From assembly GCA_051859245.1 (NCBI GenBank), contig JBHYGA010000001.1, positions 288,001 through 352,000 of the forward strand: DNA of 64,000 nt. The letters are read 5' to 3'. Shown one piece after another: positions 9,815 to 19,051 of the stretch. The DNA is from Gemmatimonadaceae bacterium. Its GTDB lineage: Bacteria > Gemmatimonadota > Gemmatimonadetes > Gemmatimonadales > Gemmatimonadaceae. Every line of letters begins with the position of its first letter. Position 1 is the stretch's first letter. Made by a program: the position numbers and the translations under genes. The notes under the pieces are model-generated. The model saw nothing but the letters and a program-made list of their open reading frames with translations, made no database searches and was not told where the DNA came from.

Positions 9815-10003
9815 CACTCGCGGCGATCTCGTGATTGGGGTGCGCACCATGCATCCAGCGTACACATGATCTTGTCGGGGCGGTCGTCTCGTGTCAAACC
9901 CGTGACGTTCAGCGGGCACGAATACACGACGCGGCGCATTAGCAGCACACAAGACAGTTGTTCGTTCGCGATGTATCGTAGTTCACGCACTTCCAGGCAA
10001 CTC

Positions 10004-10417
10004 ATGCAAGACATTATTGACACCGCAGTGGCCGCAGGCACGTTCAACACCCTCGCCACCGCGCTGACGGCAGCCGGTTTGATTGACACGCTCAAGGGTG
10101 CAGGCCCGTTCACCGTGCTGGCGCCAACGGACGATGCGTTCGCGAAAATCCCGCAGGCCGATCTGGACGCCTTGCTCGCCGACAAGGCGAAGCTGACGGC
10201 CGTGCTGACCTATCATGTGATTGCCGGCAACGTACCGGCGGCCACGGTAGTGACGCTCACGGAAGCCGACACCGTTGAAGGCAGCAAGCTCGCAATTGCC
10301 GTGGTAGACGGCGGTGTTGTACTCAATGGCACAAGTCATGTCACGGCCACGGATATCGCGGCGTCGAACGGCGTGATTCACGTGATCGACTCGGTCCTGA
10401 TGCCGACGGCTCACTAA
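10004..10417 (+). CDS. Fasciclin (FAS1) domain protein
   Basis: [13 protein letters not shown] (H1), LTYHV and [11 protein letters not shown] (H2) motifs. Confidence 0.95.
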   Translation: MQDIIDTAVAAGTFNTLATALTAAGLIDTLKGAGPFTVLAPTDDAFAKIPQADLDALLADKAKLTAVLTYHVIAGNVPAATVVTLTEADTVEGSKLAIAVVDGGVVLNGTSHVTATDIAASNGVIHVIDSVLMPTAH

Positions 10418-10433
10418 GTTTCCGCAGTAAGTG

Positions 10434-10473
10434 GCGCCCGTCACGCATGCCGTGGCGGGCGCTGTTGTTTTTT
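10434..10473 (+). terminator. Rho-independent terminator after the fasciclin gene
   Basis: GCGCCCGTCACG/CGTGGCGGGCGC stem (one G-U pair), 5-nt loop, followed by a T-rich tract. Confidence 0.85.
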
Positions 10474-10539
10474 GCGCCGAACGCTCACAATTCTTCTGTA
10501 TCCCGTTGGAATGCGACTCCGCTGACAGGAGACTCTCGC

Positions 10540-11052
10540 GTGTTAGCTCCCGACGTCCGTACCGCACTGCAGCAGCTCTTCGCTGAACTTACGTCAGGTC
10601 CGGAGCGTCCTGGCGCTGCATTCATTCTGAACTCTGGCGACGCGGGATTGATGCGTTCGCTGGCCCGACTGAGCCCCGACGATGCGTCCATGAACGCAAG
10701 CGGCGGCGCGACAATCGCAGCGCATGCACAGCACCTGCGCTATGGACTGGCGCTCATGAACCAATGGTCGCGTGAAGGTGGCAATCCATTTGCCGACGCG
10801 ACGTGGGAGGACGCATGGACGATTTCGTCCGTTGACGCGTCGCAATGGGACGAAATCCTGCGCGGATTGCAGCGTGAAGTTGAACAGTGGCACGCCGCGC
10901 TGGGTTCGCCGCGAGCGTTGCAGCCGGTGGAACTGTCCGGCCTGATCTCGAGTGTAGCTCATCTCGCGTATCACCTCGGTGCCATCCGGCAGATTGCAAA
11001 GGCGGCGCGGGGCCCCAGAGAGGGCGCCTATCATCCACAGGGTTCGGGCTGA
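10540..11052 (+). CDS. DinB/YfiT-superfamily protein
   Basis: AGGAGA RBS before GTG 10540; TIAAHAQH and AHLAYHLGAIRQ metal-binding His pattern. Confidence 0.8.
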   Translation: MLAPDVRTALQQLFAELTSGPERPGAAFILNSGDAGLMRSLARLSPDDASMNASGGATIAAHAQHLRYGLALMNQWSREGGNPFADATWEDAWTISSVDASQWDEILRGLQREVEQWHAALGSPRALQPVELSGLISSVAHLAYHLGAIRQIAKAARGPREGAYHPQGSG

Positions 11053-11166
11053 TCGAACCGGTTCGCGTTGTCGCACTGGTTTCTTTGAGCGTCAGGCTGC
11101 AATCTTGAATGCTCGGCTGCCCTCATTCCCGCCCAGTCTCGCCCATTGTTCGAGCCAACACCGCCT

Positions 11167-11922
11167 ATGACGCGCTCCCCGCTGTCTCTCACCGCACTGT
11201 GCGCCACGCTGCTCTTTTCGCTGGTGTTGCCGCCGACCTCGGTCGCGTCTGCGCAGGCTGCTGCCGCCAACACGCTTTCGGACGCAGAGAAACAAGCTGG
11301 CTGGAAGCTGTTGTTCGACGGCACATCGCTCGCCGCATGGCGTGGTTATCAGCAAACGGATCTGCCCCCGGAGTGGGTGGCCGTGGACGGCACGATGGGG
11401 AAGGTGAAGACCACCAATGACATCGTGACGCGCGAGCAGTATGGCGACTTTGAACTGGTGCTCGACTGGAAGCTAGCACTGCGTGGCAACTCCGGCATTT
11501 TTTATCGCGCCACGGAGAAGGAAACGAAAGTGTACTGGAGTGCGCCGGAGTATCAGCTCGCGGAAGACTCGCTCACGCCGGATAGTCGCAACATCATGAC
11601 GTCGGTGGCGGCGGTCTATGGTTTCTATCCGTCAAAGCGGGGCGTCGTGCGTCCGGCCGGTGAGTGGAACACCACGCGCATTGTGGCCAAGGGCCCGCAC
11701 GTGGAACACTGGCTGAACGGACAACTCATCGCCCAATACGAAATGTGGTCCGACGAGTGGAATCGCAAACTGCACGGCGATCCAGCAGACTCCACCAAGC
11801 GGCCGCTCAAGTTCGCGCCGTACAAGGATTTTGCCATGGCGAAGCGCGGACACATTGCGATTCAGGGAGATCACAACGGCGCGCTTTCCATGCGCAATAT
11901 CAAGATTCGCGAGTTGAAGTAG
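11167..11922 (+). CDS. DUF1080 (3-keto-glycoside hydrolase-like) exported protein
   Basis: Signal peptide; WKLLFDG, GNSGIFY, PEYQL, GEWN and GHIAIQGDH motifs. Confidence 0.9.
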   Translation: MTRSPLSLTALCATLLFSLVLPPTSVASAQAAAANTLSDAEKQAGWKLLFDGTSLAAWRGYQQTDLPPEWVAVDGTMGKVKTTNDIVTREQYGDFELVLDWKLALRGNSGIFYRATEKETKVYWSAPEYQLAEDSLTPDSRNIMTSVAAVYGFYPSKRGVVRPAGEWNTTRIVAKGPHVEHWLNGQLIAQYEMWSDEWNRKLHGDPADSTKRPLKFAPYKDFAMAKRGHIAIQGDHNGALSMRNIKIRELK

Positions 11923-11933
11923 GCGTCTCAGAA

Positions 11934-13904
11934 TCATGGCAGGTTGCCGAACGGCAACAACCAACTCGCCGTGCCGCTCCGCAGGAAGAACACGTGATCA
12001 AAGTTCTCCGGCAGGCGATAGGTGGTGACGTACTGCAGTTCGTTCACCGGATCATAGCCTGCGCCAAGGAATCGCATGCGCAGCGGACCGCCAAGCGACG
12101 CGCGAAAGCCTGCGCCGGTGCCCGAGAGCAACTGCCGCGCATCAAACATGAGATAGTCGCCGTCAACGAGTGAGAACATTTCTTCGAATGATTGCGTGGC
12201 GATGAGGTTGGCGCTCCACGCGCGCAGTCCGAGAGCCGCCGCCGATCCCGTGCCAACAGCGTTAAAGTCGCCACGACGAAACATGAGCGCGACACTGCGA
12301 TACTGAGTGCCGAGCGCGTCGCGAAGCAGCGCGCCCATCCACGTGCCGGAGACAGCCACGTGAGCGTTGTGCGCCCATAACATCATGCGCGTGCCGGACG
12401 GCGCCTGCGACTGCAGCCAGAGAACGTTCGCTGCCATGCTGCTGTCCCGAATGGCCGACCGGAGGGACTGCGATTCCTCGTTCGCCATGGACTCCCACTG
12501 CTGTACTATGTGCATACTCTGCAGCATGTACGTAGTCGTTGGCGTGTTCAGGGTGGTGTGTTGAGCACGCATGATTGATGTCACGGAGTCGATGCCGGCG
12601 CGGCAGGCGTCACGCGCGGCGACTGGTTGCGCGCGATAGGCCGCCATAGGTGAGGTCGTGGTATTTCCGCGTCGCCGGTACGCGCTCAAACATCCGAGGC
12701 TGGCGTCAACGAAGGCACGCTGCGTTGGTAACGCGCGCGTGACGTATGCGTCGATCGAATCAAGCGGCGTGGAGACCGACTGCATATCGAAGCCCTGAAA
12801 ACGCACGCGCTGATTCGACGGTGCGGTGCGATTCCATTCGCGCATCCAGACAATCAGGTCGCGCACTTCTTCTGTGTTCCACGTCCAGAACCCGAGTCGC
12901 TGCAACAGCTGAGATGCATCACCCGGGCCACCCTGCACGTACGCATCGATCTCACTACTCTCGCCCCACGCTCCTTCAATACCAAAGTGCGTGAATCCCT
13001 TGTTGCGCACGAGATACTCAAACACGCGATGCTTCAGACGGAAAAACTCGCGCGTGCCATGTGTAGACTCGCCCATCCCCACAACACTGGCGTTACCAAT
13101 CATGTCGCCGAATGGTGCGAGGTCTGTGTCTGAAGGGCCAGGATCGGTGCCGGAGAAACGCACGACGGACGTTCGCAGCCAATCAAGTGCCGCGGGCGAC
13201 GCCCCTGCGCCCTCAAAATCGAGATTGCGAACTGGTGGTACCGCGGGCGCGGACGGCGCGGCAATCGAGTCAGGCAGCGGGGCCGTGTTGAGCCGCATAT
13301 CAGTGACCGGCACCGCAATGCTGACAATCTCAAAGACGCCGTCATCAACATTCATTTTGCCGGCGCCCGTTACCATCAACCCGATCGCAATATTGGTGGC
13401 ATCGGTCGCCACATCGAGCACAATAGCATACTCCGTCCAATCGGAGGTGCCGAGGATTGGCCGCGTCGACATGTTGTCAAACGCTGCGGTTCCGCCCTGT
13501 CGATCCACGCGCATCCAGAGCGCGCCACCAGTGCCGCTGAGATTTGACGCGCGCACTCGTGCGCGCCACCGGACACGCTTGCCGCGCAAGCCGTCGAGCG
13601 ATCCCACATTCTGCCCGAGGCCGCCAAAATCCGCGTCGGGGGCGAGCCGATCGCCAATCACATACGCGGAGTACTCGCCGGAGCGCTTGATCGTGCGGTC
13701 GACACCGACTTCAAATGAGTTCCCTAACTCGGGCGCCGAATTGACGCCGACACGATACCACGGAAATGGCGCGCCTTCGATGCGAATGCCTTCGTCGACA
13801 GGTTCATCGTTGGGGATCTCCTCAAACGGATTCACGATGCAGCCCGACGCAGCGATCACAAGCAGCGAGGTGAACAACGAACGCGCGCGAAGGCGACGGG
13901 GCAT
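11934..13904 (-). CDS. Erythromycin esterase (EreA/B)-family lipoprotein with an extra N-terminal beta-rich domain
   Basis: Lipobox ASGC; GESTHGTREF, GIEG, GFDMQ, RDSSMA and WAHNAHV motifs. Confidence 0.88.
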   Translation of the reverse strand: MPRRLRARSLFTSLLVIAASGCIVNPFEEIPNDEPVDEGIRIEGAPFPWYRVGVNSAPELGNSFEVGVDRTIKRSGEYSAYVIGDRLAPDADFGGLGQNVGSLDGLRGKRVRWRARVRASNLSGTGGALWMRVDRQGGTAAFDNMSTRPILGTSDWTEYAIVLDVATDATNIAIGLMVTGAGKMNVDDGVFEIVSIAVPVTDMRLNTAPLPDSIAAPSAPAVPPVRNLDFEGAGASPAALDWLRTSVVRFSGTDPGPSDTDLAPFGDMIGNASVVGMGESTHGTREFFRLKHRVFEYLVRNKGFTHFGIEGAWGESSEIDAYVQGGPGDASQLLQRLGFWTWNTEEVRDLIVWMREWNRTAPSNQRVRFQGFDMQSVSTPLDSIDAYVTRALPTQRAFVDASLGCLSAYRRRGNTTTSPMAAYRAQPVAARDACRAGIDSVTSIMRAQHTTLNTPTTTYMLQSMHIVQQWESMANEESQSLRSAIRDSSMAANVLWLQSQAPSGTRMMLWAHNAHVAVSGTWMGALLRDALGTQYRSVALMFRRGDFNAVGTGSAAALGLRAWSANLIATQSFEEMFSLVDGDYLMFDARQLLSGTGAGFRASLGGPLRMRFLGAGYDPVNELQYVTTYRLPENFDHVFFLRSGTASWLLPFGNLP

Positions 13905-14013
13905 GGCGGCGGGGCGAGTCGTCCAGAGGCGCTGCGCGCGGACGAGTGGCGGAGGGGTGTGACGGCGGGCACAAACTGAACCCCGTACCCAGATCGCTCC
14001 GAAAAAGATCCAC

Positions 14014-14055
14014 GCCCTTCAATGCCCTTCAATGCCCTTCAATGCCGTTCAATGC
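14014..14055. repeat. Tandem 10-bp repeat (GCCCTTCAAT) x4
   Basis: Three exact units and one with a single mismatch (GCCGTTCAAT), intergenic. Confidence 0.9.
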
Positions 14056-14090
14056 TCGCGCTCGCCGCGCGGCAGCAAGATCGATCGCGC

Positions 14091-15317
14091 CTACAGCGCC
14101 ACCACGCTCGCTTGCTGATCCGCACCCGCGCGCAGCGTCAACACTGTAACCTCGGGCGGCGTGCCGAGTCGAAACGGGATGCCCCAGTAGTTGGTGCCGG
14201 GATTGATGTACAACAACGCACGTCCTCGTTGATGCACGCCCATGGCCAACTCGAGAAACGAACTCGCGAGACTCCAATTGCGCGTTGGCAGCGCGAGTTG
14301 GCCGTAGTGTGTGTGTCCACTCAACGTGAGATCAACGCCACGTTCGGCGAGCCCTGGCCAGAGCGCCGGATTGTGCGCGAGCACCACAACTGGTTCATGC
14401 ATCGGCACGTCGCGCAGCGTGCGCGCGAGATCTGGTGCGGCCGGATGTTGTGGTGCGCCTCGGCCGCTCATTGCGGCAGGATCACCTGTGCCGGCCAGCC
14501 ACAAGCGTGCACCGTTGCGCTCAAGCGCGACGCTGTCATTCACGAGCACGTGCATACCGATGGCACGCAAACCGCGCGCAACATGTGGCCAACCCGCGTA
14601 CACATCATGATTTCCCGCAATCGCGAACACGCCAAAGGGCGCGCGTAAATCACCAAGTGCCTGCGCAAGCGGCGCGACATCGTCTGCAAAATCGTCCACC
14701 TGATCACCGGTCATGACAATCAGATCCGGCGACGCGTTGCGAACCGCCTGCGCCACCTTCGTGAGAAAGTGGCGTGAGGTGTGCGGACCAATGTGCAAAT
14801 CCGACAGCTGCACAATTCGCAGTCCGTCAAATGCCGCAGGCAGTCTCGGCATGCGTACTGCGAGTTGCCGCGTGACGAGTTGGCGTGAGCCCAGATATCC
14901 CGCGATCGCGACCGCGGTCAAGAGTACCGCCTTTGCTGCGATCAGCGCTCGCGCCACGTCGCCCGACGCGCCAAAGGGCAGCCCCACGAGCGCTCCAACC
15001 ACACTCGCAATCGCCAGCAGCGGCAGCGCCAGAAAAGCGTACCAGAACGGTCGTTGCACATACAACCGCATGGCTGCGCGGGGGTACAGGCGCCCGCTCA
15101 GTCCAAGGCTGAGTGGCCAAACGGGCAGGGCGCTAAGTGCCGCCAGCGCGGCGATGGTTAGCCAGCCGCCGGGCACGACCGAGTGAAGAGCGGCCCCCAC
15201 GGCGAGCCACGACACGCCAAGCCAGACACCCACAAAGCCAAGCAGCGGCCCGATCGTGATCCCTGCTGGTGGTGCAGTCTCGCCCTCTCCTCCCATCACC
15301 GCCGCGCTGCTCGACAC
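14091..15317 (-). CDS. Membrane-anchored calcineurin-like metallophosphoesterase (YkuE-type)
   Basis: N-terminal TM helices; SDLH, GDQVD, GNHD, AHNP and GHTH motifs. Confidence 0.92.
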   Translation of the reverse strand: MSSSAAVMGGEGETAPPAGITIGPLLGFVGVWLGVSWLAVGAALHSVVPGGWLTIAALAALSALPVWPLSLGLSGRLYPRAAMRLYVQRPFWYAFLALPLLAIASVVGALVGLPFGASGDVARALIAAKAVLLTAVAIAGYLGSRQLVTRQLAVRMPRLPAAFDGLRIVQLSDLHIGPHTSRHFLTKVAQAVRNASPDLIVMTGDQVDDFADDVAPLAQALGDLRAPFGVFAIAGNHDVYAGWPHVARGLRAIGMHVLVNDSVALERNGARLWLAGTGDPAAMSGRGAPQHPAAPDLARTLRDVPMHEPVVVLAHNPALWPGLAERGVDLTLSGHTHYGQLALPTRNWSLASSFLELAMGVHQRGRALLYINPGTNYWGIPFRLGTPPEVTVLTLRAGADQQASVVAL

Positions 15318-15339
15318 GTTCTTCTCCGTAGACGATTGG

Positions 15340-15387
15340 ACAAAATACGTACATTTGTAATATTGACAAATTAACGAAAGTTGTCAA
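15340..15387. promoter_or_regulatory. Probable TetR operator region between divergent genes
   Basis: Inverted repeat TTGACAA-N11-TTGTCAA at 15363-15387 and a weaker ACAAA-N9-TTTGT at 15340-15358 in an AT-rich spacer; contains TTGACA. Confidence 0.7.
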
Positions 15388-15396
15388 GTTGTACGC

Positions 15397-15957
15397 ATGT
15401 CAATTGGTCAAGAGCCGCTCGTGGAGGCGGCCATCCGGGTGATTCAACGCTACGGTATCCGTCGCACGACCATGCACGACGTTGCCGCCGAAGCAGGCGT
15501 CTCTCGGCAAACGCTGTACACTGTGTTCAGCAACAAGGAAGCGTTGCTGCGCGGCACCGTGCGTTTGATTGCGGATCGGTCAATCGAGGCGATCGAGCGC
15601 GACTGCGCTGCAGACACGCCGCTGCACGAGCAACTCGATGTGGTGTTCCGAGAGCTCGCGCTGCGACCATTTCAGCTGGTGCATAACTCGCCCGAAGCCA
15701 GCGATATCGTAGAGGGGCTAACGGCGGCTTGCGCTGAAGAAGTGCGCGACGCGGCGACGCGATCTCGTGCGGTGTTGGCGCGTTTGTTTACACCGTATGC
15801 GGCCGCGTTCGCAGACGCCGATACGTCGGTGGACGCGTTTGCCGATTTTCTTCAGACCGCGCTCAGCGGCCTAAAGAAACTTGCCCGCGACGAGGCGCAT
15901 TTGCGTGAGTCGCTCGCGATGCTCAAACGCATGGTGCTGTTGCTGGTGCGCGCGTGA
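15397..15957 (+). CDS. TetR/AcrR-family transcriptional regulator
   Basis: TTMHDVAAEAGVSRQTLYTVFSNKEAL helix-turn-helix. Confidence 0.95.
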   Translation: MSIGQEPLVEAAIRVIQRYGIRRTTMHDVAAEAGVSRQTLYTVFSNKEALLRGTVRLIADRSIEAIERDCAADTPLHEQLDVVFRELALRPFQLVHNSPEASDIVEGLTAACAEEVRDAATRSRAVLARLFTPYAAAFADADTSVDAFADFLQTALSGLKKLARDEAHLRESLAMLKRMVLLLVRA

Positions 15958-15973
15958 GCGGATGGAATAACCA

Positions 15974-16744
15974 CTAGGGCTTCCAGCCTGGAATCGCCGC
16001 CGCCTGTTTGATCCAGCGCTTCATTTGCGCTTCGTTGAACTCGCCTTCGCGGATGTGCTCGTAGCGTGCGTGTTTGTCCTTGCTCGGAACCGGCGGGATC
16101 GGCGTGAGCTGATTGCCGAAAAAGAACGTCACTTTGATGTAGTGCGTGAACACGTGGAACGCGATGAAGAATCCCTGTCCGGGTACGCCGTACATGGGCG
16201 TGTTCCACTTCACCGCTTTTTCCACGTTCGGCACCGTTTTCACAATCAGTGCGTCGAGCTTGCGGCCAATCTCCTGCTTCCACTCCGGCATGGCGGCGAT
16301 GTAGGCCTGCACGGGCTCGTCTCCGTCGCCTTTGGGGATCTGCGGATTGCCGCCAGAGAGCAGGCGCACGGGCGCTGTTGTTTGCGCGCTGTTGAGCTTC
16401 ACCGCTGCCTTGACGAGCGCCTTGAAGTGGCGCGCGTTTACTGTCTCGCCCTCAGGAATGTCGATAGCGCGGCGCGTGTTGCCTTCCAGGCTGGCGTTGA
16501 ATAGTCCTGCGGGATCCGGCACGGTTGCACCGCGCGCGAACGTAAGCTTCACGGCCCGCTTGTACGTCTCGCCCGTGCAGATAATTCCGTTGCACGACCA
16601 GACCGGATTATTCCACTTCCACTCTTCGACAATCTTGCTGTCGGCGGCGAGTACGAGTGCACGCATGCGGGCGAGCGTTTCGCCGCGCCAGTCAGCGAGT
16701 TGTGCGATGCGTTCGTCGATTCGTTTGGACGCGTCGTCAGCCAT
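15974..16744 (-). CDS. Tandem DUF1801 (YdhG-like) domain protein
   Basis: Two repeats of the E.xKWxxP pattern (EEWKWNNPVW, EKAVKWNTPMY) joined by LSGGNPQIPKG. Confidence 0.85.
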   Translation of the reverse strand: MADDASKRIDERIAQLADWRGETLARMRALVLAADSKIVEEWKWNNPVWSCNGIICTGETYKRAVKLTFARGATVPDPAGLFNASLEGNTRRAIDIPEGETVNARHFKALVKAAVKLNSAQTTAPVRLLSGGNPQIPKGDGDEPVQAYIAAMPEWKQEIGRKLDALIVKTVPNVEKAVKWNTPMYGVPGQGFFIAFHVFTHYIKVTFFFGNQLTPIPPVPSKDKHARYEHIREGEFNEAQMKRWIKQAAAIPGWKP

Positions 16745-16752
16745 GTGTCGGT

Positions 16753-17517
16753 TCAGGGCAATGGGTTGGCATCTGAATGTTTGACGGCGCTTCGCAAATC
16801 GTCAACTACCGGAGCCAGTGCCATCAGCAGCAGCAGGGCAGCGAGCGGTACAGTGGTGGCATAGCCGATGTGCATGAAGCCCAGCGCGCCGAAGAGCCCG
16901 CCGGCAAAAAACGCTACGAGCAGCGCCGCGAGCACACCGGCGCGTGCGCGATCACCAGTCACCGCTGGAAGTGCGGCGTTGCGGTTCAGGTACAGCATGC
17001 GCCCCAGCTCAATGCCGAGGTCGGTGATAAGCCCGGTCACGTGCGTGGTACGAATCACGCTATTCGAGATCTTGGTGATCACGGCGTTTTGCAAACCCAT
17101 GATGAAGCACAGCAGCGCGACCGTGGCCGCGATGAATGCGCCTCGTCCGTTCGGCAGCACGGGTGCAATTGCACCGAAGGCAAGCAATAGCGCCGCCTCG
17201 AGCAACAAGGGCTGCGCGAATTCGCTGCGCATCGATCTTCGACGCGCGAAGTTGATCAGCATCGCGCTCGTTGCGGCGCCCGCAAGAAACGCGAGCACCG
17301 CAACGACGCCTGAGATGGCCAGGGGCCACTGCCGCAGAATAATCGCGTCGGCCATGGTAGACACGATGCCCGTCATGTGCGACGTGTATTGCCCAACGGC
17401 GAGAAACGCGCCGGCGTTGGTTGCACCGGCTACAAACGCGAGACCAACACCCAGATGCAGGTTGCCACGATGCGTACGAACGGTCGACGTGAGACTTCGC
17501 GCGTAAGCAAGCGGCAT
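16753..17517 (-). CDS. YoaK/DUF1275-family membrane protein
   Basis: SHMTG, MGLQNA and RTTHVTG motifs. Confidence 0.88.
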   Translation of the reverse strand: MPLAYARSLTSTVRTHRGNLHLGVGLAFVAGATNAGAFLAVGQYTSHMTGIVSTMADAIILRQWPLAISGVVAVLAFLAGAATSAMLINFARRRSMRSEFAQPLLLEAALLLAFGAIAPVLPNGRGAFIAATVALLCFIMGLQNAVITKISNSVIRTTHVTGLITDLGIELGRMLYLNRNAALPAVTGDRARAGVLAALLVAFFAGGLFGALGFMHIGYATTVPLAALLLLMALAPVVDDLRSAVKHSDANPLP

Positions 17518-17525
17518 GCTGCAAT

Positions 17526-18014
17526 CTAAGCGGCGCTGCCCGTTCCTCGCTCCCAGAACGGAGGCGGTTCTACGCCGAGCGTACGCAGATAGACGTAGCC
17601 CTGTCCGCGGTGATGATTCTCGTTGTCGATGGCGTAGAAGAAGTGACTCCACACTGTGCCCGTGTACTGGCCGAAGACCGTGATGGTTTCGCCGTAGCGC
17701 TCGGGCGCAACCTTTGAAAACCACTCGATCAGCTCGGCGGTGGCCGCGTCCCAGCGCTCGAGCAGCTCGGCCTTTGATTTGGCTTCGAAGTCGGCGTACG
17801 GCACGGTTTCACCCGTGACGATCTCTCGCGCCATGGGCGCGCCGATGGCGATCATCTCTCCGGCCAGCAACGCGAACGGGCGCATGCCGCCGATTGAGTA
17901 GGTGAAGAGATGTTCTTCGGGAAACGCCTCGATGACGCGGCGCGACAGGTTGCGCAGTCCCTGCCAATGTTCAAGGAGTTCGGCGGGGGAGAGAACAGCG
18001 GTACCAGACGACAT
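17526..18014 (-). CDS. DinB-family protein
   Basis: DNENHHRGQGYVYLRTLGVEPP C-terminal motif. Confidence 0.88.
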   Translation of the reverse strand: MSSGTAVLSPAELLEHWQGLRNLSRRVIEAFPEEHLFTYSIGGMRPFALLAGEMIAIGAPMAREIVTGETVPYADFEAKSKAELLERWDAATAELIEWFSKVAPERYGETITVFGQYTGTVWSHFFYAIDNENHHRGQGYVYLRTLGVEPPPFWERGTGSAA

Positions 18015-18113
18015 GGCACACTCCGGGGTGGTGGGTTATTTCGGTTTTTGTTCGGGGAGCTAAATATTAGGAACTCCCTGACGTTTTCACAAGACTTTTT
18101 GATGGATGGTGTC

Positions 18114-19022
18114 ATGTCTCGTGTCGCTGCTCTGCTCGCCCTGGCGTTGTTGTCGTCTCCCGCGCTGGCGGCGCAGTCGGCTGGCGAGCTGAGCGATACG
18201 ATTGCACGGTGTCCGAGCTGTGACGCGTGGAACGCACCGCAGCAGCCGTTCCAGCTGTTCGGGAACGCGTACTACGTGGGAACGCGCGGACTGTCGGCGA
18301 TTCTGCTCACGTCCGCAGACGGGCACGTGTTGTTGGACGGCGCACTGCCACAGAGCGCGGCCGTGATTATCGCCAATATTCGAGCGCTCGGCTTTCGGAT
18401 CGAAGATGTGCGTCTCATCGTGAACTCGCATGCGCACTACGACCATGCGGGTGGACTCGGTGCGCTGCAGCGCGCTTCTGGTGCCGCCGTTGCGGCGAGC
18501 CCGTGGAGTGCGACTGTTCTGCGCGCGGGGACGTCGCAGCCCGGCGATCCACAGCTGCGTGAAGCGCTGCCGTTTCCGAAAGTTGCGAACGTGCGCGAGA
18601 TCAGGCACGGCGATACGCTGCGGGTTGGGAGCACGTCCATCGTTGCGCATTTCACCGGTGGGCACACGCCGGGTGGCACGAGCTGGTCGTGGCAGTCGTG
18701 CAACGGTGGTGCATGTCATTCGTTTGTCTACGCCGACAGTCAGACCCCGATTTCCGACGACGGCTTTCTGTACACGGCGAGTCGTGACTATCCCACTGCC
18801 CTTGAAGATTTTGCCCGGGGGTTTGAAACGTTGGAGCGACTGTCGTGCGACGTGTTGATCACGCCGCACCCTGAAGCCGTGAATCTCTTTGACCGAGTCG
18901 CCGCCCGTGACGCAGGCCAGCGGGATGCGCTGGTTGATGTGGATGCGTGCAAGCGCTATGCGAGTACCGCACGAACCAGACTGGCGGCGCGTGTGGCGCG
19001 TGAGCGAGCCGGCAAGCCCTGA
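18114..19022 (+). CDS. Subclass B3 metallo-beta-lactamase
   Basis: Signal peptide; PFQLFGNAYYVGT, HAHYDHAGG, GHTPGG, YADS and LITPHP (complete two-zinc ligand set); several Cys. Confidence 0.9.
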   Translation: MSRVAALLALALLSSPALAAQSAGELSDTIARCPSCDAWNAPQQPFQLFGNAYYVGTRGLSAILLTSADGHVLLDGALPQSAAVIIANIRALGFRIEDVRLIVNSHAHYDHAGGLGALQRASGAAVAASPWSATVLRAGTSQPGDPQLREALPFPKVANVREIRHGDTLRVGSTSIVAHFTGGHTPGGTSWSWQSCNGGACHSFVYADSQTPISDDGFLYTASRDYPTALEDFARGFETLERLSCDVLITPHPEAVNLFDRVAARDAGQRDALVDVDACKRYASTARTRLAARVARERAGKP

Positions 19023-19051
19023 TCACGTGAGGGCTCGCCGCCGCGCGGTTC

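Noticed and set aside
14014..14055. Tandem repeat as a CRISPR array
   Set aside because: Units are 10 bp and contiguous, with no spacers and no cas genes in the window
18055..18078. GGGAG...CTCCC inverted repeat or WYL/PafBC-like motif upstream of dinB
   Set aside because: Only 5-bp arms, and the spacing does not fit the activator motif
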